Source of the DNA: an uncultured delta proteobacterium | GTDB taxonomy: Bacteria > Desulfobacterota > Binatia > UBA9968 | NCBI GenBank assembly: GCA_963760795.1 | Contig: CAVXEP010000029.1 | Location: 64,001-128,000, forward strand | Length of the DNA: 64,000 nt | Reading direction: 5' to 3' | Shown: one piece after another, positions 42,611 through 52,273 of the stretch | How positions within the stretch are numbered: the first letter of the stretch is position 1 | Layout: every line of letters begins with the position of its first letter | Translations under genes and position numbers: made by a program | The notes under the pieces: model-generated | Database searches by the model: none | What the model saw: the letters and a program-made list of their open reading frames with translations, nothing else | Told to the model about the DNA's origin: nothing

Positions 42611-43393
42611 ATGCGCTCGAGCCAAACAACCCCGGCTATTGTACTGCGTGCCCGGCCCTATGGCGAGTCAGATAAAATTGTTTCATTCTTAACCGAGGAT
42701 TTTGGTAAACTGACAGGCATCGCCAAGGGTGCGTTGCGTTCCCGGCGGCGGTTTGTCAATTCGTTGGAACCGTTTTCACTGGTGACCCTGCGCTTCCAAG
42801 ACCGCGCCCATGGTAATCTCGCTTTTCTCATCGGTGCGGATCTCCTATTCGGCTTGCGTCAGTTGGCCTCAAGCCTGGAACGAATTTCCTATGCCGCTTA
42901 TCTGGTAGAAATCACCGATGGCTTGATTAGCGATCGCGAAGAAAACTTGGCGGTCTTCCAACATTTACGGGATGGATTGCAGTATTTGGATGAAATCGGC
43001 AGTTCGCTCAGGTTTTTGACCTACTACGAACTCAAGTTGCTCCATTTGGTTGGTTATCGTCCGGCGTTGGATGTTTGTCAGCGCTGCGGACAAGCGCGCA
43101 GTCAAGCCCGGTTAGGCCAATGGCACTTTAGCCCCGCCGATGGCGGTGTGTTGTGCGATTCTTGCTCGCGGCTGCGCCGCGAAGTGTTACCATTGGGCCA
43201 TCTTGCTGCCAACATGCTTTCGACGCTGCAAACCGATTCCCACAATCGAGGCAATCGGGTTTCACTACCAGCGTCCGTCATCAGAGAGATGCGCTCGGTT
43301 TTGCTGTGCTTTATTCAGTATCAGATGGATCGTGAGATCAAATCCGCCGCATTCTTAAATCAGTTTTCTGCATTGGAAAACCCGTTAGCTTAG
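42611..43393 (+). CDS. recO: DNA repair protein RecO
   Basis: YGESDKIVSFLT..GKL..IAKGA, CQRC...GGVLCDSC. Confidence 0.92.
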   Translation: MRSSQTTPAIVLRARPYGESDKIVSFLTEDFGKLTGIAKGALRSRRRFVNSLEPFSLVTLRFQDRAHGNLAFLIGADLLFGLRQLASSLERISYAAYLVEITDGLISDREENLAVFQHLRDGLQYLDEIGSSLRFLTYYELKLLHLVGYRPALDVCQRCGQARSQARLGQWHFSPADGGVLCDSCSRLRREVLPLGHLAANMLSTLQTDSHNRGNRVSLPASVIREMRSVLLCFIQYQMDREIKSAAFLNQFSALENPLA

Positions 43394-43433
43394 GAACTTA
43401 GAGTCGTATAGACAACTGCGAGGATCTACTCCC

Positions 43434-46148
43434 ATGGCCGTAAAAAATCGCCTCACCTACTCATTTAGCGCTGGTAAAGCTGAGGGCCATGCGCGAATGC
43501 GCGAGATCCTTGGTGGTAAAGGCGCCGGGCTCCATGAAATGACGCGCATCGGTATCCCAGTGCCGCCAGGCTTTACGATTCCAACCTCGGTGTGCAGCTA
43601 TTTTTATGCCCACCGTCGGCGCTATCCAGAGGGGCTAGAAAATGCAGTCGCCAATTCCCTAAGAAAAATTGAAAAGACCCTCGGTCGACGTTTTGGCGAT
43701 CCAGCAAATCCGCTGTTACTTTCGGTGCGTTCTGGTGCGCGCGAATCCATGCCCGGTATGATGGATACGGTGCTTAATCTCGGGCTCAATGACCGCACCG
43801 TGGAAGGTTTAGCGGTGCACTCGCAGAATCGACGATTCGCCTACGATTCCTATCGGCGCTTTGTCCAGATGTATGCGGATGTCGTGATGGGAATAAAATC
43901 TAATGACAAAGATGCCGTCGACCCTTTAACGCAAATTCTCGAAAGCAAGAAAGCTCGTCGCGGCATTCGCCATGACACCGAGCTTTCGGCCGATGATTTA
44001 CGCCAGCTGGTGACCGAGTACAAGCGCGAGATCGAATCAAGACTTGGAAAGGAGTTTCCCGTAGATCCCTATGAGCAATTGTGGGGCGCCATCGGCGCGG
44101 TCTTCGGATCGTGGAACAACGATCGAGCCATCGCCTATCGCGAACTTTACCGTATCCCGCATCATTGGGGTACGGCGATCACCGTGCAGGCGATGGTGTT
44201 CGGCAACCTCGGCGATGACTGCGCGACCGGCGTAACCTTTACCCGCGATCCTGCGAGCGGAGAAAAAAGCTTCTACGGCGAATTTCTGGTCAATGCCCAA
44301 GGCGAAGATGTCGTCGCTGGCATACGCACACCCAGATCGATAGCGGATCTCAAACAGATTATGCCGAAGGCTTTCGGCGCACTCCGGCGCATTTGCCAGC
44401 TTCTCGAAAGGCATTTTCGCGATGCGCAAGACATCGAGTTTACCATTGAAAACGGGAAGTTGTGGCTGTTGCAAACCCGCACCGGCAAGCGTACCGGCTT
44501 CGCTGCGCTGCGCATCGCCGTCGATATGGTCAGCGAACGGATCATCAGCCAGCGAGAAGCGTTACTACGGGTTGAACCGGATCAACTCAATCAGCTGCTG
44601 CGGCCCATCTTCGATCAGCAGGTTAAGGCGCGTGCACATCAGGAGAAACGTCTCCTCGGTCGCGGTTTGCCCGCCGGACCTGGGGCTGCCACCGGGCGAA
44701 TCGTCTTTTATGCCGAGGATGCGGTGGCTTGGAACCAGCGCGGCGAGCGCGTTATTCTTTGCCGCGTTGAAACCAGCCCGGACGATATTCGCGGCATGGA
44801 CGCGGCACAGGGTGTGTTGACTGCAAGGGGAGGGATGACGTCCCACGCCGCGTTGGTCGCCCGCCAGATGGGTAAAGTCTGCATCGCCGGCTGCGAAGCT
44901 TTACAAATTGACTATGCGGCGCGCACGCTTCAGGTCGGGCAAACCGAACTGCACGAGGGCGATTGGATTTCCATCGACGGTAACACCGGTGAAGTCTTCC
45001 ACGGTGAGATTCAAACGCTGCCTTCGGAGATTCTTCAGGTTCTACTGACCCGTTCACTGGAACCTCGGCAATCGAAAATTTACCGACATTTCACCAAACT
45101 CATGAAGTGGGCGGATCAAACTCGCAAGCTCGGTGTGCGAACCAATGCGGATCAGCCCGATCAAGCGGCCATCGCCAAGGCATTTGGCAGCGAAGGCATC
45201 GGCTTATGTCGCACCGAACATATGTTTTTCCAGGGTGACCGGATTCAAGCCGTGCGCGAAATGATCCTTGCCGATGATGAGACAGGCCGGCGCCGCGCGT
45301 TAGCGAAGCTGCTACCCATGCAGCGGCAGGATTTCAAAAGTATCCTTGAAATTATGGGTAATCTGCCAGTGACCATTCGCACTCTTGACCCGCCGCTCCA
45401 TGAGTTTTTGCCCAAGACCGATGCAGAAATCCGGGAGCTTGCTCAGGTTATGGGTGTTGCAGTGGAGACCCTGCGTAACAAGGTCAATGTGCTGCAAGAA
45501 TTCAATCCGATGTTGGGCCACCGGGGCTGCCGCTTGGGCATATCCTATCCTGAGATTACCGAAATGCAGGCACAAGCGATCTTTGAAGCCGCCTGTGAAC
45601 TCCGGCGAGAAGGCCAGAATCCATTCCCGGAAGTCATGATTCCCCTGGTCGGCTCGCGCCAAGAGCTCCATGAACAGAGGGTCATCGTCGACAAAGTCGC
45701 TAAACAGACGATGCAAACGTATGGCGTCAAAGTACACTATTCGATAGGCACGATGATCGAACTGCCGCGCGCCTGCATGGTTGCCGATGAAATTGCTGAA
45801 GAAGCGGAGTTCTTTTCTTTTGGCACCAATGATTTAACCCAAACTTGCTTAGGCCTATCACGCGACGATGCCGGCAAGTTCCTACCCAGCTACGTTCTTC
45901 AAGGTCTGCTGCCTGACGATCCATTTGTCAGTATCGATCGGGACGGTGTCGGTGCGCTCATGCGCATTGCTATCGCCAAAGGCCGCCAGCGCCGCAAGGG
46001 ATTAGAAATGGGTATTTGCGGTGAGCATGGTGGAGAAACGCGTTCAATAGAGTTCTGTCACCAAATCGGTTTGGATTACGTCAGTTGCTCGCCGTACCGC
46101 GTGGCGATCGCTAAATTAGCGGCAGCTCAGGCTGCACTACGTCAATAA
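43434..46148 (+). CDS. ppdK: Pyruvate, phosphate dikinase
   Basis: LGGKGAGL, SMPGMMDT, GGMTSHAA, GLCRTEHMF, GICGEHGG. Confidence 0.98.
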   Translation: MAVKNRLTYSFSAGKAEGHARMREILGGKGAGLHEMTRIGIPVPPGFTIPTSVCSYFYAHRRRYPEGLENAVANSLRKIEKTLGRRFGDPANPLLLSVRSGARESMPGMMDTVLNLGLNDRTVEGLAVHSQNRRFAYDSYRRFVQMYADVVMGIKSNDKDAVDPLTQILESKKARRGIRHDTELSADDLRQLVTEYKREIESRLGKEFPVDPYEQLWGAIGAVFGSWNNDRAIAYRELYRIPHHWGTAITVQAMVFGNLGDDCATGVTFTRDPASGEKSFYGEFLVNAQGEDVVAGIRTPRSIADLKQIMPKAFGALRRICQLLERHFRDAQDIEFTIENGKLWLLQTRTGKRTGFAALRIAVDMVSERIISQREALLRVEPDQLNQLLRPIFDQQVKARAHQEKRLLGRGLPAGPGAATGRIVFYAEDAVAWNQRGERVILCRVETSPDDIRGMDAAQGVLTARGGMTSHAALVARQMGKVCIAGCEALQIDYAARTLQVGQTELHEGDWISIDGNTGEVFHGEIQTLPSEILQVLLTRSLEPRQSKIYRHFTKLMKWADQTRKLGVRTNADQPDQAAIAKAFGSEGIGLCRTEHMFFQGDRIQAVREMILADDETGRRRALAKLLPMQRQDFKSILEIMGNLPVTIRTLDPPLHEFLPKTDAEIRELAQVMGVAVETLRNKVNVLQEFNPMLGHRGCRLGISYPEITEMQAQAIFEAACELRREGQNPFPEVMIPLVGSRQELHEQRVIVDKVAKQTMQTYGVKVHYSIGTMIELPRACMVADEIAEEAEFFSFGTNDLTQTCLGLSRDDAGKFLPSYVLQGLLPDDPFVSIDRDGVGALMRIAIAKGRQRRKGLEMGICGEHGGETRSIEFCHQIGLDYVSCSPYRVAIAKLAAAQAALRQ

Positions 46149-46276
46149 CGAACATTTATCGATAACTGATGTGTCCGGCATTGGCTTGATCACTTTAATC
46201 TTATTGTGATACGCTTTACATTTTATTGACAGAAATTTGGGGATCAACGATAATTTGGTACTAAGCTTACCAAATT

Positions 46277-48004
46277 ATGGAACCACGCATAGCGGAACTT
46301 CTTGTCAAAGGCGGCATTGTCTCCCGCGAACAACTCTTTGAAGCGCAAAAAGGAGAGAAGGAAAACAACTCCACCATCGCCAAGGAACTCGTTCGATTAG
46401 GTTTGACCACCGAAGACACTCTCGCAGAATTTTTGGCCAAGCAATTTGGTATCGAGTGCGTTGAACTGGTCGCGGCCGACATCGACGACTCGGTCTTTTC
46501 CGTAGTACCCCCGCAGATTGTTCAAAAGCACCAGCTCATTCCCTACAAGCTGATCGGCTCTACTTTAACCGTTGCCATCGCTGACCCGACAGATCTAGTC
46601 GCCATCAACGAGGTCAAGTTTGTCACTGGTTACGGTGTCCGGGCCTTGATCGCCACCCCCACTGGAATAAGGAAGGTTCTAGAGCATCGTTTTGGCGGGG
46701 TGAGCTACGACGATGTGTTAAAAAAATTCGGCGACGGCGAGATGGAGGTCGTCCAAGAAAACGACGACGTCAATCTGCAAGAGCTGCAGCAAGCCACCAT
46801 GGATGCACCGGTGGTCACGCTTGTCAACGCGATCTTGGCGGATGCCGCCAAACGTCGCTGCAGCGACATTCATATCGAGCCCTACGAGAAAGTGTTTCGG
46901 GTACGGTTCCGCATTGACGGTGTGCTCCAGGAAATCATGAGTCCACCGTTGCGGCTCAAGAATGCCTTGGTATCCCGTCTGAAAGTCATGGCGGGACTCG
47001 ACATCGCCGAGCGCCGTTTGACCCAAGACGGCCGCATCAAGCTCAAGATGGGTACGGGCGGTGAGTTGGATATCCGCGTATCGATTTTGCCCACTCTGTT
47101 TGGCGAGAAAGTCGTCATGCGCTTGTTGGACAAGTCCAACTTGCAGCTTGACATGGCCAAGCTCGGCTTCGATCCGCCAAATTTGAAAGACTTTCAAGAC
47201 GCGATTCATAAGCCTTACGGCATGATCCTGATCACCGGTCCGACCGGTAGCGGTAAATCGACAACGCTTTACTCAGCGTTATCTGAACTCAACAAACCGG
47301 ATGTGAATATTTCCACCGCCGAAGATCCCGTCGAGTACAATCTGATGGGTATCAATCAGGTACAGGTCCGAGAGCAGATCGGCCTAAATTTCGCCGCGGC
47401 CTTACGATCATTCCTACGTCAAGACCCGGATATTCTCATGGTCGGTGAAATCCGCGATCTGGAAACGGCGCAGATAGCTATTAAAGCAGCGCTCACCGGC
47501 CATCTAGTTTTGAGCACGCTGCATACCAACGACTGTCCCGCCACCGTCGATCGACTGATCAATATGGGTGTGGAAACATTTTTATTGACCTCTTCGATCA
47601 ATCTCATTCTAGCGCAACGATTAGTTAGAAAAATCTGCGATAAGTGCAAAGAGCCGATCGAGATCAAACCGGAAGTTTTGATTAATCTTGGGATCGATGC
47701 CGCCGATATCAGCGCGGGCTTTCCGACTTTTCACGGAAAGGGTTGCGCGAACTGCAGTGGCACCGGCTATCGGGGCCGCTTAGCCGTTTACGAAGTGATG
47801 GTGATGCATGAAGCAATCAAGGAACTGATCAATAAAGGCGTATCGTCGATGGAACTCAAACGCGAAGCGGTAAAGCTTGGCATGAGCACTCTACGCATGA
47901 GTGCCTTGCAGAAAGTTCGCGACGGATTCACCACCGTGGACGAAACCATTCGCGTGACCGATACGGATAAAGGGTTTGGCTCGGTGTTCTCGCTGGGGTT
48001 TTAA
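46277..48004 (+). CDS. pilB: Type IV pilus assembly ATPase PilB
   Basis: SDIHIEP, GPTGSGKST, LRQDPD, GHLVLSTLHTND, tetracysteine motif. Confidence 0.96.
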   Translation: MEPRIAELLVKGGIVSREQLFEAQKGEKENNSTIAKELVRLGLTTEDTLAEFLAKQFGIECVELVAADIDDSVFSVVPPQIVQKHQLIPYKLIGSTLTVAIADPTDLVAINEVKFVTGYGVRALIATPTGIRKVLEHRFGGVSYDDVLKKFGDGEMEVVQENDDVNLQELQQATMDAPVVTLVNAILADAAKRRCSDIHIEPYEKVFRVRFRIDGVLQEIMSPPLRLKNALVSRLKVMAGLDIAERRLTQDGRIKLKMGTGGELDIRVSILPTLFGEKVVMRLLDKSNLQLDMAKLGFDPPNLKDFQDAIHKPYGMILITGPTGSGKSTTLYSALSELNKPDVNISTAEDPVEYNLMGINQVQVREQIGLNFAAALRSFLRQDPDILMVGEIRDLETAQIAIKAALTGHLVLSTLHTNDCPATVDRLINMGVETFLLTSSINLILAQRLVRKICDKCKEPIEIKPEVLINLGIDAADISAGFPTFHGKGCANCSGTGYRGRLAVYEVMVMHEAIKELINKGVSSMELKREAVKLGMSTLRMSALQKVRDGFTTVDETIRVTDTDKGFGSVFSLGF

Positions 48005-48086
48005 GTCGGTATGACCGAATGACTATCACTAGGCATTCTGAGATCGGATGCGATTGAATTTGACAAAAGTCGGGACGAATTGACCT

Positions 48087-49313
48087 ATGGCTATATTTGT
48101 TTGGGAAGGGCGAACCGCACAGGGGCGAATCGTTAAAGGCGACACTCTCGAGGCGCCGAATCTCGAAGCCGCATTAGCGCGCCTGCGCGAACAGCGGATA
48201 CGGCCCGTTGCCAACAAGGTACGGGAAAAGGGCGCTGGGCTTGATAGAGAATTAAATATCCCCGGCTTTGGCCCCACTGTCTCGACAAAAGAAGTCTCTG
48301 TGGCTACCCGGCAGCTGGCGACGATGATCGATGCCGGCCTGCCGATTGTGCAGTGCCTCGACATCCTTGGTGAACAGTCCGAGAACAAGTTGCTACGCAC
48401 TACGATCAACACTGTACGCCGGGATGTCGAGGGTGGCTGTACGCTTGCAGACGCGTTGCGGAAACATCCAAAGATCTTCGATGACCTTTACGTTAACATG
48501 GTGGAAGCGGGAGAGGCCGGCGGTATTCTCAACACCATCCTCAATCGAATCGCACTATTTATAGAGAAAGCGAGCAGGCTAAAAAAGAAGGTCAAGGGAG
48601 CAATGATCTACCCCGTCGCCATCGTAATGGTGGCGATCATTGTCGTCGCCGTGTTGATGATTTTTGTCATCCCAGTCTTCGCCGATCTCTATGGCAGTAT
48701 GGGAAAGGCACTGCCGGCGCCGACGCAGATTTGTATCAACATCAGTAACGTTTTCGTCGCTTATTGGTGGCTCATGTTGGCGATCGGTATCGGCGTCGTG
48801 ATGGCCATCAAGTTCTACTACAAGACACCTCATGGGCACATGAACATCGATCGGCTACTTTTACGGCTGCCGGTGATTGGCGACTTGCTCAGAAAGGTTG
48901 CTGTAGCGCGGTTCACGCAGAATATGGCGCTGTTGTTGAGTTCTGGAGTCCCGATCCTCGACGGTTTAGCGATTACGGCCAGAACCGCGGGCAATAAAGT
49001 TGTCGAGAAGGCCATCATGGAGAGCCGGGCGAGCATCAGTAAAGGTAACACCGTGGCTGATCCATTGCGGGAAAGTAAGATTTTTCCGCCTCTGGTTTGT
49101 CAGATGGTTGCCGTAGGCGAAAGCACTGGTGGGCTAGATGTGATGCTCCGGAAAGTCGCGGAACTGTATGAAGAAGAAGTCGATGACGCGGTCAACAATT
49201 TAACAGCTATGATGGAACCGGCGATTATGGTGGTGTTAGGCGTCATCCTCGGTGGCTTGGTCGTTGCTATGTATTTGCCGATCTTCCAAATGGGCTCACT
49301 GGTTGGCAACTAA
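48087..49313 (+). CDS. pilC: Type IV pilus platform protein PilC
   Basis: RQLATMIDAGLP, AGEAGG, GAMIYP, EPAIMVVLG, MYLPIF. Confidence 0.95.
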   Translation: MAIFVWEGRTAQGRIVKGDTLEAPNLEAALARLREQRIRPVANKVREKGAGLDRELNIPGFGPTVSTKEVSVATRQLATMIDAGLPIVQCLDILGEQSENKLLRTTINTVRRDVEGGCTLADALRKHPKIFDDLYVNMVEAGEAGGILNTILNRIALFIEKASRLKKKVKGAMIYPVAIVMVAIIVVAVLMIFVIPVFADLYGSMGKALPAPTQICINISNVFVAYWWLMLAIGIGVVMAIKFYYKTPHGHMNIDRLLLRLPVIGDLLRKVAVARFTQNMALLLSSGVPILDGLAITARTAGNKVVEKAIMESRASISKGNTVADPLRESKIFPPLVCQMVAVGESTGGLDVMLRKVAELYEEEVDDAVNNLTAMMEPAIMVVLGVILGGLVVAMYLPIFQMGSLVGN

Positions 49314-49364
49314 CAGACTGACACGTCCCCCACATTATTGTGATGCGACCGAGGTTAACTGAAT

Positions 49365-51416
49365 TTGAGTGACGAACGAAAAGATCTGAACGAGAAAATC
49401 AGATGGTTACTCCTGCTACGGGTAGTTATCCTTAGCGTTTTTCTCGGCGCGACGGCGCTCTTTCATTTCTTCCAAACGGAGTCAGACATCCGTTTCCTTG
49501 TCAGTCTCTCTGTACCGCTAATCCTTGCCTACGCGATCTCGATCGCTTCGGCGCTGTTCTTGCCGCGGTTGAATCATCTGCGCGCATTCGCTCATGCCCA
49601 AGTCACTTTTGACGTTTTTCTAATTACCGGGATTATTTGGATCACCGGAGATAGCTCCAGCCCATTTTCTTTTCTCTATAACTTAGCCGTGATCGACGCG
49701 GCTATATTATTGTTCTACCGAGGCGCGTTTATCGCCGCGGGAAGTTCAAGCATATGTTATGCTGCGCTGCTCTTTTGGGCGCAACATTGGTGGCAAAATG
49801 GCAATACTGCGGCGGTATCTGGGCCGTCGTTAGTTACCATGGTTATCAATATCGGCAGTTTCTTCGTGATCGCCGGCCTGAGCGGATTTCTCGCCGACAA
49901 GCTTGGCGAAACTCAGAAGCTGTTGAAAGAAAAACAGATCGACTTTCAGGAGCTCGATGCATTCAAAGAAGCGCTCTTGCAGGGTATTGGCAGCGGCGTT
50001 GCCATTACCGATAATCAGGGTCGCATTAACTATTTTAATCAGCAAGCGCAGAGTTTGATTTCGCTTGCTGAAGCTGCGGTGATGGGCAAGCGGCTCGATC
50101 AAATCATCCTCGGCTTGCGATATGATTTTCGACGCGGAGATCGTAGTGGTGCCGTGTATAGCGAAGAGCTTCCGTTACCCGGCTTGCAGGGAAGCCAGAA
50201 ACAAATCCGACTGACGCTCGCTCCACTCAGCGATTCCAACCAACAGCTGCTCGGGTATGTCGCCATTTTCGAGGATGTCACAAAACAGAAACAGACCGAA
50301 GAAAAAGTTCGCATCGAGGAAGAACTGCGCAGATCGCGGGAAATCGAATTACCGGCATCTTCTAAGGGTCTCGATTCGGTGCCTTTTCGCTTCGAAGGAG
50401 TCGTAGGCAAAAGCGGGGGCATCGAAAAAATCTACCAACTCATTCAAAAGGTCGCGGCCGGCTGCACCAACGTCTTGATTTCCGGTGAAAGTGGCACTGG
50501 AAAAGAACTGGTGGCTAGGGCGATTCATTTAAACGGACCGCGGCAAGGTAAGCCTTTTGTCGCCGTCAATTGCGGCGCCATCCCAGAAACTTTGATTGAA
50601 AGCGAATTATTCGGTCACGTACGCGGGGCTTTTACCGGCGCCGTGGCGGATCACAATGGGTTATTCAAACAAGCGGATCAGGGAACCATATTTCTCGATG
50701 AAGTGGGTGAATTGCCGCTGCACCTCCAAGTCAAACTATTACGCGTGCTGCAAGAGAAAAGCTTCACGCCGGTCGGTGCTAACAAACCGGTTAAGGTAGA
50801 CGTGCGCGTGATCTCGGCGACCAACCGGGATCTGCGCAAGGAATTGGAGGAAGGAAGATTCCGCGAGGACCTTTATTACCGGCTCAACGTTGTCCATATG
50901 GTATTGCCGCCGCTGCGCAGCCGCAAAGAAGATATCCCCTCCCTTGCCCACTACTTCCTCCGGAAATTCGCGGCTTCCCTTGACAAGAACGTCGAAGAAA
51001 TATCTAGCGGAGCGCTGATGCAGCTGATGAACCATACGTATCCTGGAAACGTCCGGGAGTTGGAAAACATCATAGAGCACGCTGTGGCGGTGACCAACAA
51101 GAATATCCTGACGGATGAGGATCTACCACTTCAAGTAAAAGGTGTACCGAGCGCCGATGATACCAATGCGTTCGACCGGACTACACTGGGTGGTGCGGAG
51201 GTATTTTTCAATAAAGGGCTGTCGTTAGATGTTGAGCTAGAGACCCATGAAAAATATATATTGGTGGGCGCGTTAAAGCGCGCCAATGGCGTTCAGAAGA
51301 AGGCGGCGGAAATCCTCGGAATCAATTATCGTTCACTGCGTCATCGCTTGGAAAAATATGAGCTTCTTGGATCAAAAAATCATTCTTTTTCTGAACAAAC
51401 CAATGATTCCGAATAA
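49365..51416 (+). CDS. Membrane-anchored sigma54 activator: PilS-like TM sensor + PAS fused to PilR-like AAA+/Fis-HTH
   Basis: About 6 TM helices with TGDSSSPFSFLY; PAS (GRINYFNQQA...FEDVT); GESGTGKE, GAFTGA, FLDEVGE, YPGNVRELEN; HTH AAEILGINYRSLRHRLEKY; no H-box or receiver Asp region. Confidence 0.88.
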   Translation: MSDERKDLNEKIRWLLLLRVVILSVFLGATALFHFFQTESDIRFLVSLSVPLILAYAISIASALFLPRLNHLRAFAHAQVTFDVFLITGIIWITGDSSSPFSFLYNLAVIDAAILLFYRGAFIAAGSSSICYAALLFWAQHWWQNGNTAAVSGPSLVTMVINIGSFFVIAGLSGFLADKLGETQKLLKEKQIDFQELDAFKEALLQGIGSGVAITDNQGRINYFNQQAQSLISLAEAAVMGKRLDQIILGLRYDFRRGDRSGAVYSEELPLPGLQGSQKQIRLTLAPLSDSNQQLLGYVAIFEDVTKQKQTEEKVRIEEELRRSREIELPASSKGLDSVPFRFEGVVGKSGGIEKIYQLIQKVAAGCTNVLISGESGTGKELVARAIHLNGPRQGKPFVAVNCGAIPETLIESELFGHVRGAFTGAVADHNGLFKQADQGTIFLDEVGELPLHLQVKLLRVLQEKSFTPVGANKPVKVDVRVISATNRDLRKELEEGRFREDLYYRLNVVHMVLPPLRSRKEDIPSLAHYFLRKFAASLDKNVEEISSGALMQLMNHTYPGNVRELENIIEHAVAVTNKNILTDEDLPLQVKGVPSADDTNAFDRTTLGGAEVFFNKGLSLDVELETHEKYILVGALKRANGVQKKAAEILGINYRSLRHRLEKYELLGSKNHSFSEQTNDSE

Positions 51417-51609
51417 CAAAATTTGTCAAACCGCCAATTACCACATTCCGTAAATTTGAATCTTCTAGATTTATATCCCTTTCTTTGATGTCCATTGATT
51501 TGCAGCGAGAATTTCTAACCTATTGAATTAACGTAGTTTTGAGCGAACTAAGTTGATAGGCTGTCAATATTCTTCCCCCAATTCCGTCACTCAACAGCCT
51601 TGCCAAAGT

Positions 51610-51626
51610 TTGGCCTTTCAATTGCG
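51610..51626 (+). promoter_or_regulatory. Sigma54 (-24/-12) promoter of pilA
   Basis: TTGGCCTTTCAATTGCG = GG-N10-GC, ~150 nt before pilA and just downstream of a sigma54 activator gene. Confidence 0.8.
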
Positions 51627-51773
51627 TTAGTGAGGTTTCAACGGTTTAGATTTTATAACGCTTATTCTCAAGGAGGTGGCTATCGACGGCATTGAAGCCC
51701 TGACCATAGAAAGTTTCTGAAAAGGAAAAAGCTTTGAAGTAGAAAAATAATTCCGAAAAAGGAGTGTCTAGAG

Positions 51774-52163
51774 ATGAAGAAATTACGTTCGCAAAGTGAA
51801 TCTGGTTTTACCTTGATCGAGTTGCTGGTGGTGGTTGCCATCATCGGTATTTTGGCGGCGATCGCGATACCTCAGTTCGCGGCTTATAGAAAGCGCGGCC
51901 ATGAGGCTCAGGTTAAATCCGATTTGAGAAATGCTGCGGTGGCCCAAGAAGCCTATTTTGCCGCGAAATCAACTTATCTTGCTGCTACGATGGCGAGTGG
52001 TACCCCTCCCGGGTTTAATGCGACCACCGGTGTTACAGTGATCGCGGCCGTCGTTGCTAACTCCAATGCCTTCACGCTGACCGCCCAGCACACAAATTGC
52101 AGCAGCAACACTTGGACATTCTCTAGTTCAACAGGCCAGATCACCGGCGCCGCTTGTCCGTAA
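51774..52163 (+). CDS. pilA: Type IVa major pilin
   Basis: Prepilin site G|FTLIELLVVVAIIGILAAIAIPQF; C-terminal Cys pair; AAGGAG RBS. Confidence 0.93.
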   Translation: MKKLRSQSESGFTLIELLVVVAIIGILAAIAIPQFAAYRKRGHEAQVKSDLRNAAVAQEAYFAAKSTYLAATMASGTPPGFNATTGVTVIAAVVANSNAFTLTAQHTNCSSNTWTFSSSTGQITGAACP

Positions 52164-52186
52164 CCTGCTCGATTTCCGACCTGTCT

Positions 52187-52224
52187 ATAAACAAGGGGGG
52201 CTCAGCTGAGCCCCCCTTGTTTAT
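52187..52224 (+). terminator. Perfect 38-bp palindrome/terminator after pilA
   Basis: ATAAACAAGGGGGGCTCAG|CTGAGCCCCCCTTGTTTAT. Confidence 0.85.
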
Positions 52225-52273
52225 TTCTTCCTTATTCAACGATGGTTTTATTCACACTCGATTAGATCGCAAA

